A stretch of DNA of 64,000 nt from Alphaproteobacteria bacterium (GTDB lineage: Bacteria > Pseudomonadota > Alphaproteobacteria > Rhodospirillales > Casp-alpha2), in NCBI GenBank assembly GCA_014382345.1, contig JACNJX010000054.1:94-64093 (forward strand), read 5' to 3'. The notes below the pieces were generated by a model that made no database searches, was not told the DNA's origin, and saw only the letters and a program-made list of their open reading frames with translations. Position numbers and translations under genes: made by a program. Position 1 is the first letter of the stretch; every line of letters starts with the position of its first letter. Shown in pieces: positions 20,684 to 30,817 of this stretch.

Positions 20684-23362
20684 ATGACCGTTCGCCACCT
20701 AGACAAGCTGTTCCGGCCGGAATCCGTCGCTGTGATCGGCGCGTCCAACCGTCCTGGGGCGGTGGGAACGGTCGTCATGCGCAACCTCCTTGAAGGGGGA
20801 TTCTCGGGTCCCATCATGCCGGTTAACCCCAAGCATAAATCTGTTGCCGGGGTCTTGGCCTATCCAGATGTCGACAGCCTGCCGGAGGCTCCGGATTTGG
20901 CCGTCCTCTGTACGCCCCCGAATACGGTGCCAACCTTGATAAGCCAGCTGGGTGAACGGGGGACGCGGGCGGGTGTGGTCTTGACGGCGGGCCTTCAAAG
21001 GGAAACCGACAATAAAGGCCGTACCCTGACCGAAGCGATGCTGGCGGCGGCTCAGCCGTTCGGAATGCGCGTTCTGGGTCCCAATTGTCTCGGTGTTTTG
21101 GTGCCGGGCGCCGGGCTCAATGCCAGCTTCGCCCATTTGCCCGCGCGTCCGGGAGGAATAGCGTTCGTTTCCCAATCGGGCGCGATGTGCACTGCTGTAC
21201 TTGATTGGGCGCGCGCCCATGATATCGGGTTTTCTCACTTCGTTTCACTGGGCGAATGTGCCGACGTCGAGTTCGGAGATGTCATTGACTACCTTGGCAG
21301 CGTTCCCGGAACCCGCGCGATCCTGCTCTATATCGAGTCCATACACGAGCGGCGCAACTTCATGTCGGCGACCCGCGCGGCGGCACGCAATAAACCCGTC
21401 ATCGTGATCAAAGCGGGCCGCGTCGCGGAGGCCGCCAGGGCCGCGGCCTCCCACACCGGCGCGCTGGCGGGGACCGATGACGTGTTCGACGCCGCTATTC
21501 GGCGCGCCGGGATGCTGCGTGTTTACGATATTCAGGAACTGTTCGCCGCGGTGGAAACCTTGGCGCGCGCGCGGCGGTTCGACGGCGAACGCCTGGCGAT
21601 TCTCACCAACGGCGGAGGTCTCGGGGTGATGGCCGTTGACGACCTCATCGAAAAAAGGGGGCATCTGGCCGAACTGTCGAAAGAAACCATCGAATCTCTC
21701 AATCAGGCTCTGCCCGCAACCTGGTCGGGGGGAAACCCGGTGGACATCATCGGAGATGCCCCCGGCGAACGTTACACGAAGGCCCTCGACATCATTGTCA
21801 AGGCGGCAGAGGTTGACGCCATCCTGATCATTCACGCGCCGACGGCAATCGCGTCCAGCACCGAAGCCGCCCAAGCGATCATCAACATCGCTAAAGATAA
21901 TAAAAAGCCCATCCTCACCAGCTGGGTCGGCGAAGAGGCTGTGGCTCCCGCCAGGCGCATGCTCAATGACGGAGGAATTCCCACCTACGATACCCCGGGG
22001 CAGGCGGTTCGTGCCTTCATGCACATGGTAGATTATCACCGCAACCAAACGATGTTGATGGAAACGCCCCCCTCGTCGCCTTCCGGGTTTATCCCAGATA
22101 CGGAAGCCGCGAGGCGTTTGGTGAAAGCGGCCCTGCCGGCCACGGGCTCGAGAATGATGACCGAACCCGATGCCAAGGCGGTACTCGCGGCCTATGGGAT
22201 ACCGGTTATCGAGACCCACGTCGTGGCGACACCTGCAAAAGCCGCCGAAATGGCGGCCGGGATCGGGTTCCCGGTGGCGCTGAAGATACTGTCGCCGAAC
22301 ATCAGCCACAAATCGGACGTGGGCGGCGTGCGGTTATTCCTGGAAACGCCAGAAGCCGTCGAGGCCGCCGCCGAAGCCATGCTGACCACGATCCCGGTCC
22401 GGCAGCCAAGTGCTAGCCTCGAAGGCTTTACGGTTCAACGCATGGCGGAACGGCCCGGCGCCCTGGAGCTCATCCTAGGTGTTGCGACCGACCCCATTTT
22501 CGGTCCCGTGATTCTTTTCGGCCAGGGAGGAATAGCCGTCGAGGTGATCGGAGACCGGGCGGTTGCCCTTCCACCGTTGAATATGGTGCTGGCCCGCGAG
22601 TTGATCTCGCGTACGCGGGTTTCGAAGCTGCTTCGGGGTTACCGGGACCAACCAGCCGCGGACCTGGATGCCATCTGCTTGACCTGCATGCAGATATCCC
22701 AGTTGATCGAGGACATCCCCGAGATCGTGGAACTGGACATCAATCCTCTGTTCGCCGATGAAAACGGTGTGCTTGCGCTCGACGCCCGTATCGGTGTCGC
22801 ATTAACCGTTCACGATGAGTCACGGCGGCTTGCCATTCGACCCTACCCGGAAGAACTGGAGGAGCCTTTTACATTACGTTCGGGGCGGGAGGTGTTGCTG
22901 CGGCCCATTCGGCCCGAGGACGAGCCCGAACACCACACGTTCATTTCCAAATTGACTCCGGATGACATCCGATTCCGTTTTTTCGGCCTTATCCACGAAC
23001 TCCCACACACCCAGATGGCGCGGTACACGCAGATCGATTACGACCGCGAAATGGCCTTTATAGCATCCGCGCCAAAGGACGGGGGAGGAAGGGAGACTCT
23101 GGGCGTGGTGCGAATCTTTACGGATCCCGATAACCAGGAAGCCGAATTTGCGATCGTCGTGCGCTCTGACCTCAAGGGCCAGGGACTGGGGACGAAGCTG
23201 ATGAAAAAGATCATCGCTTACTGCCGCGACCGCGGCACCAAGGCCATCGTTGGTCAGGTGTTGGAGGAAAACGAAGCGATGCGGCGGCTTGCCAGGTCCA
23301 TAGGCTTCAAGAGTAAGACTATTCTCGGTGAGGGAATCGTGGAGGTGACTTTACCCCTCTAG
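20684..23362 (+). CDS. Pat/YfiQ-type protein acetyltransferase (NDP-forming acyl-CoA synthetase-like domains + C-terminal GNAT)
   Basis: 892 aa. The N-terminal CoA-binding/succinyl-CoA-synthetase-like region has SVAVIGAS and SQSGA, followed by an ATP-grasp region. The C-terminal GNAT has VRSDLKGQGLGTKLM. Confidence 0.9.
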   Translation: MTVRHLDKLFRPESVAVIGASNRPGAVGTVVMRNLLEGGFSGPIMPVNPKHKSVAGVLAYPDVDSLPEAPDLAVLCTPPNTVPTLISQLGERGTRAGVVLTAGLQRETDNKGRTLTEAMLAAAQPFGMRVLGPNCLGVLVPGAGLNASFAHLPARPGGIAFVSQSGAMCTAVLDWARAHDIGFSHFVSLGECADVEFGDVIDYLGSVPGTRAILLYIESIHERRNFMSATRAAARNKPVIVIKAGRVAEAARAAASHTGALAGTDDVFDAAIRRAGMLRVYDIQELFAAVETLARARRFDGERLAILTNGGGLGVMAVDDLIEKRGHLAELSKETIESLNQALPATWSGGNPVDIIGDAPGERYTKALDIIVKAAEVDAILIIHAPTAIASSTEAAQAIINIAKDNKKPILTSWVGEEAVAPARRMLNDGGIPTYDTPGQAVRAFMHMVDYHRNQTMLMETPPSSPSGFIPDTEAARRLVKAALPATGSRMMTEPDAKAVLAAYGIPVIETHVVATPAKAAEMAAGIGFPVALKILSPNISHKSDVGGVRLFLETPEAVEAAAEAMLTTIPVRQPSASLEGFTVQRMAERPGALELILGVATDPIFGPVILFGQGGIAVEVIGDRAVALPPLNMVLARELISRTRVSKLLRGYRDQPAADLDAICLTCMQISQLIEDIPEIVELDINPLFADENGVLALDARIGVALTVHDESRRLAIRPYPEELEEPFTLRSGREVLLRPIRPEDEPEHHTFISKLTPDDIRFRFFGLIHELPHTQMARYTQIDYDREMAFIASAPKDGGGRETLGVVRIFTDPDNQEAEFAIVVRSDLKGQGLGTKLMKKIIAYCRDRGTKAIVGQVLEENEAMRRLARSIGFKSKTILGEGIVEVTLPL

Positions 23363-23499
23363 CCAATGGGGATCGGGCAAGATCAGGGCGTTATGACGGC
23401 AGTACGGCAGACACCGGTGTTCGATACACGCCGGCTGAATCGGACATTCTTTCATTACGGTTCTGCCCCCCAGGTGCCCCCAGGCGTTCGCCCGGCGGC

Positions 23500-24654
23500 C
23501 TACGGCACGTAAACCCGCCCCTCCATGATACGCCTGGCCGTGCGGCCGAGCGTCGCGCGTTTGACGGCGTAGTTGTTGCCGTCCAGCTCGACCTTGGCCT
23601 CCGTCGTGATGACGCCTGCGGGGTGGCCGATGCGGACTTCGAGATTGTCGCGGGTTTCCGGGCGGCAGGCCTCGTAAACGATGGTGCCGGGAATGCGGCT
23701 GGCGATGCCGGTGCAGGCGGTGCTGGTTCCGGCATAGGTCTTGTGCATCTGCTGCATGAACATCAGCCGCGACACGAAATCCACCTCTTCGGCGAGGACC
23801 GTGTTTTCGCCGATAACGTTTTCATAGGCCTTAGGTGGCGCGATCATGGCGACGAAGGGCGTCGCCGGGCTGGTTTCCGTTGCCCGGTCGGGATCATCGA
23901 TCATGCCCATGGCGACCCCGGCATGGGCGCGGATTTTCTCCAGCAGTTCGACCAGCGGCTTGTTGGCGTCGATCTCCGCCGCCGTTTCCGTGCCGGTCAT
24001 GCCGAGGTCCTGGGCGCGGACGAAGACGTGCGCGTTGCCGATATCGACCATCGAGGCATCGATGACGCCGAGCCCCGGCACGTCGAGCCGGTCCATGGCG
24101 TTGCCGGTCGGCAGCAGGGCGCCGGTGCTGGCGTCGGCGGTATCGGCGAAGTCGACCAGAATCGGCGCGCCGGTGCCGGGAACGCCGGGAATGGCATAGT
24201 CGCCGTCTTCCTGTGGGCGGCCATCGCGCACCGGCACCTCGGCGATCAGCATGCGGTCCAGGTTGGTGTTGTAAATGCGCACAGGCGTCACCGGTTCGAC
24301 CGGTTCGACCATGCCTTCCCATATCGCGAATGCCCCGACGCCGGACGTCAGGTTGCCGCAGAGCGAGCGGAAATCGACCGACGGGGCGTCGATCTCGACT
24401 TGGCCGAAGGTGTAGCTCAGGTGGGCGCCTTCGGCTCTCGGGTTGTCCTTCGGCGGCGGGCCGATGATGCAGACCTTGCTGGTCAGCGGGTCGGCGCCGC
24501 CGAGGCCGTCAATCTGGCGTTTGTCGGGTGAGCCGAAAATCGACAGGATCAATCGTTCCCGCGCGTCCGGGTCCGTGGGCAGGTCCGCCTCTTTCAGATA
24601 GACACCCTTGCTGGTGCCGCCCCGCAGGATAACGCATGGAACCGACTTGGACAT
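23500..24654 (-). CDS. PrpF-family isomerase (2-methylaconitate isomerase / 4-oxalomesaconate tautomerase family)
   Basis: 384 aa with an N-terminus VPCVILRGGTSKGVYL that is typical of PrpF/AcnD-accessory proteins. Confidence 0.85.
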   Translation of the reverse strand: MSKSVPCVILRGGTSKGVYLKEADLPTDPDARERLILSIFGSPDKRQIDGLGGADPLTSKVCIIGPPPKDNPRAEGAHLSYTFGQVEIDAPSVDFRSLCGNLTSGVGAFAIWEGMVEPVEPVTPVRIYNTNLDRMLIAEVPVRDGRPQEDGDYAIPGVPGTGAPILVDFADTADASTGALLPTGNAMDRLDVPGLGVIDASMVDIGNAHVFVRAQDLGMTGTETAAEIDANKPLVELLEKIRAHAGVAMGMIDDPDRATETSPATPFVAMIAPPKAYENVIGENTVLAEEVDFVSRLMFMQQMHKTYAGTSTACTGIASRIPGTIVYEACRPETRDNLEVRIGHPAGVITTEAKVELDGNNYAVKRATLGRTARRIMEGRVYVP

Positions 24655-24783
24655 GTCCGGCCTCGCTCTATGGAAAATTGATCAATCCATCATTTTCGGT
24701 GGACCCTGCCACCCCGTCAAACCGCTTTTTCCCGAGGAATGGCCGGTGCGGACCTCTAACCGGCCGCTGGAAACGGCGAAAGC

Positions 24784-25899
24784 TTAAGCCGGATGCTTTT
24801 GGGCCAGGGCTTTGAACGGGATCAGGCACTTGGCGCTTTCGTCCCACAGGGCGAGGCGGAGGCAGGACAAACTGTCCCGCAGGCCAATGCGGTTGAGGGT
24901 TTTGAGCGCGGGAATATCGGCGAGACATGCGCCGAGACGATAGTTGGGGATACGGCTGGACAGGTGATGGATATGGTGGATGCCGATGTCGCCGGTAAAC
25001 CAGCGTAGCGGTTGCGGCAGGTCAAAGTAACTGCTGGCCCGCACCGAGGCTTCGTGGAAGTCCCAGTCCTTCTCCATTTTCCAATAGGTGTATTCAAACT
25101 GGTGCTGGACATAAAAAAGCCAGACGCCGACCGTCGAGGACAGCAGGATGATGGGGAGTTGAACCATCAGCAAGTCCAAGTAGCCGAAGCTGTATCCAAG
25201 GCCCGTCAGGGCGGCGGCAATGCCGAGGTTGGTGGCCATGACGCCGGTCAACAAGGCGGGATGGCGGCGGATCAGGTCCAGGGGAAGGCGGTATTTGATG
25301 ATGAACAGATAGATCGGCCCGAACCCCAGTAGGACGGCGGGCATGCGGTAAATGCGGTAGGCCAGGCGTTTCCATGCGGGCAGGGCGGTGTATTCGGCCA
25401 CGGTGAGGACGCTGACGTCTCCGATGCCCCGTTCTTGCAGGTTGCCGCATGTCGCGTGGTGGATGTTATGGGACTGTCGCCAGTATTCGTGCGGGGTCAG
25501 GGTGACGATCCCGATCAGGGCGCCGACAAAATCATTGAGGCGGCGGGACCTGAAGAACGAGCGGTGGCCGCAATCGTGCTGGATGATGAAAAGCCGGGCG
25601 GTGAATGCGGCGGCGGGCACCGCCAACAGCAGGGTCGCCCAGTAGGCCTCATCGACGGTGAGCATCATGGCCGCCCAAAGTCCGGCCAATGGAATCACGG
25701 TGGTGAGCAGTTGCATGGTGCTCCGCGCCGCTTGCGGCCGGGCGTGGGACCGGGCAATTTGTGACCAATGGCGGATGGTTTCCGGCTGCGTTTGGGAATT
25801 GGAGGGCGGAATGCTGGTTGCGGACGCGTCGGCGCCCGACCGTGTATCGGTGAAAATAATCTTTATCCCGTAATTTCTTGATTGGCACCCTTGTCGCAT
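24784..25899 (-). CDS. membrane fatty-acid desaturase (three His-box di-iron family)
   Basis: His boxes HDCGH, HNIHH and HHIHH. The start is uncertain. ATG 25899 keeps the conserved pre-TM segment ARPQAARSTMQLLTTVIPLAGLW. ATG 25716 has a better GGAG but truncates that segment. Confidence 0.8.
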   Translation of the reverse strand: MRQGCQSRNYGIKIIFTDTRSGADASATSIPPSNSQTQPETIRHWSQIARSHARPQAARSTMQLLTTVIPLAGLWAAMMLTVDEAYWATLLLAVPAAAFTARLFIIQHDCGHRSFFRSRRLNDFVGALIGIVTLTPHEYWRQSHNIHHATCGNLQERGIGDVSVLTVAEYTALPAWKRLAYRIYRMPAVLLGFGPIYLFIIKYRLPLDLIRRHPALLTGVMATNLGIAAALTGLGYSFGYLDLLMVQLPIILLSSTVGVWLFYVQHQFEYTYWKMEKDWDFHEASVRASSYFDLPQPLRWFTGDIGIHHIHHLSSRIPNYRLGACLADIPALKTLNRIGLRDSLSCLRLALWDESAKCLIPFKALAQKHPA

Positions 25900-25967
25900 A
25901 AAAAAAAGGCGGAATAAAGGCCGGGCATTCCTTCGGTACGGGTTTGTCGGCGGGCGTTGCTGCTCCG

Positions 25968-27233
25968 TCAGGCCGCTTTTTTCCCGATGATCGCCTGCAT
26001 CGCGCCCAGGAACCGGGCCACTTCTTCTTCCGTGTTGTAGTGGCACATGGACACCCGGACGCAGTCTTCCAGGTTAAGGGGTTTCAGGATATTGCCGGAG
26101 TAGTGGTCGTTTTTCCGCGCGTGCGTCCGAATGCCTTTTTCGCGTAGCGCGCTGACGACCTCGACCGCCGTCATGTTCTCGACGGTGATCGACACCAGGC
26201 CTTCGCGCAACGGGTTGTCGGTGCCGCCGATGATGCCGACTTCCGACATCGCCGCTAGGCCGTCCTGGCCGCCGGTGCCATAGAGCATGGCATCGGTCAG
26301 GTCTTTTTCGTGGGCATGGATGGCCTGGCCGGCCGCATTGATGCGCTCGCGGCGATCCGTGGAGTCGGTGAAGTGCGCGCCGAGCCAGTCGAAATAGTTC
26401 ACCACTTCGGAAAAGGTCGCATACGACGCGGTGTCCCGCGTGCCGAGGTCCCATTGATCTTCCGGGGCGCCGATCAGGCTGTCGTGAGGCAGGCTGCCCA
26501 GTTTCTCCGACACCCAGGCGATGCCGTAGCCATGCCGCGAGAACACCTTGTAGGGCGAGATGGCGTAGCCGTCGATGCCGTAGGAATCGATATCCAGCCC
26601 GCCATGCGCGGCATGCTGGATGCCGTCGACGATGATGTAGCAATCCGGCGAGACGTCGCGGATCAGCTTGGCGATGCCGGCCACGTCGACCGCCATGCCG
26701 GTCACCGGCGAGGTGTGCAGGATCGTCGCCACGCGGGTGTCCGCCGTCACGTGCGGGCGGTAATCGTCGGCTGTCACGGTGCCGGTTTCATTATTGTGCG
26801 GCACGCGGACGAAGTTGCGATTGGCGATTTTTGACCAGCGGGCGCAGGCGCTGACGGTCGCCGGATGCTCCAGCGTACTGCCGACGACGTCGCCGCCTTC
26901 CGGCGCTCCCAGCACGGCGGCGCTGATCAGCCGGAACAACAGTTCGGTGCCGCTCTCGCCGACGAAGACGGGGCCGCGGGCGGCGTTCAGGAAACAACGG
27001 ATGTCGTCCTTGGCCTGATCGATGATGCGCACCAGTTCGTGCGAGGCCGGGTTGTCGCGGCCCTGGTTGTCGGGGATCGCGGCCAGTTCTTCGGAGCGCT
27101 CGACCACGGATTTCAAAGTCAGCGCGCCGCCGGCGTTTTCGAAAAATATGCGCTCACCCTGGTAGGGGCAGTGATCGATGTGGGCGAAACGATCACGAAT
27201 TTCGTTTATCAATTTTTCGTTGTTTTGAAACAT
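25968..27233 (-). CDS. class V aminotransferase-fold PLP enzyme (cysteine desulfurase-like)
   Basis: 421 aa with the general class-V pattern (ENAGGALT..., IIVDGIQHAAHG, SPYKVFSRHG with a probable PLP lysine). Confidence 0.75.
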   Translation of the reverse strand: MFQNNEKLINEIRDRFAHIDHCPYQGERIFFENAGGALTLKSVVERSEELAAIPDNQGRDNPASHELVRIIDQAKDDIRCFLNAARGPVFVGESGTELLFRLISAAVLGAPEGGDVVGSTLEHPATVSACARWSKIANRNFVRVPHNNETGTVTADDYRPHVTADTRVATILHTSPVTGMAVDVAGIAKLIRDVSPDCYIIVDGIQHAAHGGLDIDSYGIDGYAISPYKVFSRHGYGIAWVSEKLGSLPHDSLIGAPEDQWDLGTRDTASYATFSEVVNYFDWLGAHFTDSTDRRERINAAGQAIHAHEKDLTDAMLYGTGGQDGLAAMSEVGIIGGTDNPLREGLVSITVENMTAVEVVSALREKGIRTHARKNDHYSGNILKPLNLEDCVRVSMCHYNTEEEVARFLGAMQAIIGKKAA

Positions 27234-27343
27234 AAAAACAGACCTGTGTGCTTGCTGAAGTGGCTGGTTGCTGTGGAGATTCCGGCGCTAGATAGCCCGA
27301 AATCCGCGCCGATGCCAAGTCTATTTGACGCACGAAACTTAAC

Positions 27344-28516
27344 TTACGCCACCTGCCCGCAGGCATGACCGGACGCCCAGGCCCATTGGAAGTTGAAACC
27401 GCCCAGGTGACCGGTGACGTCGACGGTCTCGCCGATGAAATAGAGTCCGGGGACGGATCGGGCCTGCATGGTTTTCGACGACAGGTCCCGGGTGTCGACA
27501 CCGCCGACGGTGACTTCCGCCGTGCGGTTGCCTTCCGATCCGTCGGGCGTGATGCGCCACGCGTTGATGTGTTGGGCCAGGCGGCGCAGAGACTTGTCGG
27601 AGGTTTCCGCCAGATGGCCGTCGCAGCCCGCCCATTCGGCCACCTTGTGCGCCAGGCGTTTGGGGATCCATTGGGCCAGCGCCGTGCGGACCTCTTGTCT
27701 GGGTTGGCTGTCTCTGGCTTTTTTTAGATGCTCGAACACATCCGTGCCGGGCAGCAAATCAATGGTGATGTGTTGGCCGCCCCGCCAGTACGATGAAATT
27801 TGCAGGATCACCGGCCCGCTCAGACCCCGGTGGGTGAACAGCAGGGCTTCGGTGAAGGTGACCTTGCCGCATTTGACCATGGCGTCCAGGGACACTCCGG
27901 CCAGTCCATCCAGCAGGGCCAGGGTGGCGGCGTCGAAGGTCAGCGGCACCAGGCCGGGGCGTGGTTCAACCACCCGCAGGCCGAACTGCCGGGCGATGGC
28001 GTAGCCGAAGCCGCTCGATCCCATTTTCGGAATGGACGGCCCGCCGGTGGCGATGACCAGGGATTCAGCCGAGAAGGAACCGTGGTCGGTTTCCACGGTG
28101 AACAGGCTTTCGGTCTTGGTCACCCGCGTCACGTTGATCGATGTCCGGATGTCGACGCCCCGCGCTTCGTCGAGCAGCATGTCGATGATCTGCTGGGCCG
28201 GGCCGTCACAGAACAACTGGCCGTGGTCGCGTTCGTGATAGGTAATGGCGTGCTTTTCCACCAGGGCGATGAAGTCGTGCTGGGTGTAGCGTTTCAGGGC
28301 CGAGATGCAAAAGCGCGGATTGTCCGACAGGTAGTCGGCGGGCTGTGCGTGACGGTTGGTGAAGTTGGCGCGGCCGCCGCCGGAGATGCGGATTTTTTCA
28401 CCCACCTTGGCCGCGTGGTCGAGTACCAGCACCCGGCGTCCGCGCCTGTTGGCCTCTATCGCGCACATCAGGCCGGCCGCCCCGGCGCCGATGATGAGGG
28501 TATCAAAATCCGCCAT
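27344..28516 (-). CDS. HI0933/BaiN-like NAD(P)/FAD-dependent flavoprotein
   Basis: N-terminal DTLIIGAGAAGLMCA, then GEKIRISGGGRANFTN and C-terminal GETVDVTGHLGGFNFQWAW. All are hallmarks of the HI0933 family. Confidence 0.85.
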   Translation of the reverse strand: MADFDTLIIGAGAAGLMCAIEANRRGRRVLVLDHAAKVGEKIRISGGGRANFTNRHAQPADYLSDNPRFCISALKRYTQHDFIALVEKHAITYHERDHGQLFCDGPAQQIIDMLLDEARGVDIRTSINVTRVTKTESLFTVETDHGSFSAESLVIATGGPSIPKMGSSGFGYAIARQFGLRVVEPRPGLVPLTFDAATLALLDGLAGVSLDAMVKCGKVTFTEALLFTHRGLSGPVILQISSYWRGGQHITIDLLPGTDVFEHLKKARDSQPRQEVRTALAQWIPKRLAHKVAEWAGCDGHLAETSDKSLRRLAQHINAWRITPDGSEGNRTAEVTVGGVDTRDLSSKTMQARSVPGLYFIGETVDVTGHLGGFNFQWAWASGHACGQVA

Positions 28517-28564
28517 CCGCGAGGTATAGCCGAAGAGCCGGAAAACGCAATCAGATGCCCCGGC

Positions 28565-29668
28565 TTAAAATTCCAGCTCGTAGGTCAGCAGCGTCCCGAA
28601 GGTATCGGTGTCGGTGCCGGCGTTGCGGGTGTGCTTGTAGCCGAGTTCCAATCCGACGCCGATGGGGAAGGTGTAACCGGCGGAGACCTGCAGGTGCTCC
28701 TCGTCGGTTTCCGTGCCGTCGGCGGCTTCCGTTTCCTTGAGCGTGGCGGACAGGGCCAGGCTCCAGTCCTTGTAGGTGAATCCCAGCGCCGCCGTCAGGT
28801 AGTCGCGGTCCTGATCGCGGGTGCCGTCGGCGTCATCGAAGGTCACGTATTCGACGAACGGCTGCACGGTGATGTCGCCCGGCAGGGTGAATTCATAAGC
28901 CCCGTTGACGGCGAAGCGGGTCTCGCTTGTTGCGTCCGCAGTATCGTTGCCCTGATGGACCCAGGCCGCGTGATAGGCAAAGCCCTTTAGGCCGGGAAAT
29001 TCGCCGCCGTCCAGGGACACCGCGAAGGACGAAAATCCCCCCGTGTTGCCGGGCCCACCGTCGCCCTCGCGGGTTTTCCTGCGACGCGTAAAGGCGCTTT
29101 CGGCCAGCCCCGAAGTGTCGAGGAAGAAGGTCTGCGCCGTCAGCGTATGAATGCCTCCGCTGGTGAAGTCGTGGCGGTAGGAACCGCCGAGCGCGATATT
29201 CTCGGCCATCTCGTATTCTTCGGCCATGTCGGTGCCGAAGACGCCCGGCGTCACGTCCCAGGCGGAGGCAAAGTTGACGTGCATCTTGCCGCCGGACAGG
29301 GTCAACGGCCCGGTTTGGTAAACGACTTTCAGGGTTTCGATATACAGCCCGTGGTCGTCGAACACACGGTCGTCGCCGCTGACCACCGGGTCCTGCACCG
29401 GCTGAAAGACCAACCCGGCGTTGATGGATAATTGATCGGTGAGGGTCACGGTGACGTCTGGCACGATCTTGGTGAACAGAGTGTTGAATTCGGCGGTCGC
29501 GTCGTCGGACGAAAAGACAAGATCGTTGTGGAATTCGAAGGCGACGCTGCCGGTGATCCCTGGCTTGAACACGGTGTCACCGGCATGTGCCGTTAGCGGG
29601 ACTGTGTTGAGCGCAAGACAGAAAAGGACCACTCCGGCGCCGGGCCGGATATAGGGATGGGGGGGCAT
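28565..29668 (-). CDS. outer-membrane beta-barrel (porin-like) protein
   Basis: Signal peptide ending in TAHA, alternating amphipathic beta-strand pattern, and a C-terminal LTYELEF (terminal Phe as in OMPs). Confidence 0.6.
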   Translation of the reverse strand: MPPHPYIRPGAGVVLFCLALNTVPLTAHAGDTVFKPGITGSVAFEFHNDLVFSSDDATAEFNTLFTKIVPDVTVTLTDQLSINAGLVFQPVQDPVVSGDDRVFDDHGLYIETLKVVYQTGPLTLSGGKMHVNFASAWDVTPGVFGTDMAEEYEMAENIALGGSYRHDFTSGGIHTLTAQTFFLDTSGLAESAFTRRRKTREGDGGPGNTGGFSSFAVSLDGGEFPGLKGFAYHAAWVHQGNDTADATSETRFAVNGAYEFTLPGDITVQPFVEYVTFDDADGTRDQDRDYLTAALGFTYKDWSLALSATLKETEAADGTETDEEHLQVSAGYTFPIGVGLELGYKHTRNAGTDTDTFGTLLTYELEF

Positions 29669-29730
29669 GGCCTTGGTCCTCCTCCTTGATAGCCTACACG
29701 TTTATGACACCTTCATCCTAAACCAGAATT

Positions 29731-30606
29731 CTAGCGGCACCACGCACCCTGTTCGATCCAGCGCATCAACAGCTGGATGTTGGGATGGTTGTTGTCGGCG
29801 CCGGGGTCGATGCCGGGCGGCATACGGTTGCGGGTCAGGCGCAGATACAACGGGCTGTTGGTGGAATCGAACGGCACCACGATGGGCAGGCCCGGCTTGC
29901 CTTGCTTGCCCCGGGTTTTGGAGAACGCGCCTTTCATGATCGCCTCGTAAGACGTCAGGTTGACCTCGTTGAAGCTTGGCGGGTCGCGGAACGAGCGATG
30001 GCATTCTATGCACGGCGCTTCGCCGCCGAAGGCCTTGGGGTCGGAAAACAGGGGCAGGACTTTCTTTTTGAACGTGTCGTCGTTGGCGCCGCCGGAGTCG
30101 ATCCAGTCCTTGACGGCGTTGATGGCATCGCTTTCGATCGGATGGAAGAACGGCACACCCAGCGGCATACGGTTGTCGCGTAACATGTGAGTCAGCGTGC
30201 TGGCCCCCGGCTTGCCGGGGACGATGACGGAACGCGGCGGCTCTTCCGTGGAGCCCCGGAGGATGCCCTCGCACGACGACAGGTCGAGCCCCCGGTAGCT
30301 CTTCGCCGGATCGTTGGAACTGTGGCAAACGATGCAAGCCGGCCCGTCGCCGAAGGCGTTGGGCGTACGCATCAGGGTGGCGATGTAGTCATAGGTGATG
30401 GGCAGGTCACGTTGCAGAACCAGCGCCTCGACGACGGCGTTGTCGCCGTGGATGTTGAGCTTGCCCAGCTTCATGTCCAGGTACATCTGGTGGGTGACGC
30501 TGCCGGAGCCGGGGTCCTGGGCGTGGACGGGGGCCTGTGGCATCAGGAAAAGGGCGGTGAGAGCACACCAAAAAACCGCCCGCCGGAAGATCTCGGCAAG
30601 GGTCAT
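29731..30606 (-). CDS. periplasmic di-haem c-type cytochrome with two Planctomycete-cytochrome-c-like (PSCyt1-type) modules
   Basis: Two CXXCH motifs (CIVCH, CIECH). Each is followed by a ...L.L.S...I..G....PG.P..S.L...L...RMP pattern. Start chosen at ATG 30606, 8 nt after a perfect AAGGAGG. Signal peptide ends in PVHAQD. Confidence 0.7.
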   Translation of the reverse strand: MTLAEIFRRAVFWCALTALFLMPQAPVHAQDPGSGSVTHQMYLDMKLGKLNIHGDNAVVEALVLQRDLPITYDYIATLMRTPNAFGDGPACIVCHSSNDPAKSYRGLDLSSCEGILRGSTEEPPRSVIVPGKPGASTLTHMLRDNRMPLGVPFFHPIESDAINAVKDWIDSGGANDDTFKKKVLPLFSDPKAFGGEAPCIECHRSFRDPPSFNEVNLTSYEAIMKGAFSKTRGKQGKPGLPIVVPFDSTNSPLYLRLTRNRMPPGIDPGADNNHPNIQLLMRWIEQGAWCR

Positions 30607-30773
30607 TATTTTAGCCTCCTTTTTCAACCGGAGCCTCATTTTCGTCAGGCCTTACCAGAGCAAAAAAACGGGGCGTTCGCTTTGATTTTGGTTAAGGGCA
30701 TTCAGAATAGGGCAGGGGACGATGAAGAGTTGTGGCGCCTGATTCAAGTCAACACCCGAACCTGAAAATGGTG

Positions 30774-30779
30774 TATAAT
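30774..30779 (+). promoter_or_regulatory. perfect -10 hexamer TATAAT upstream of the 104-aa ORF
   Basis: TATAAT lies at 30774-30779 and GGGAGA lies 8 nt before the ATG at 30818. The -35 is weak. Confidence 0.35.
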
Positions 30780-30817
30780 GAAACATTGAAAAAACCCATT
30801 GGTCGGGAGATTTTGAG

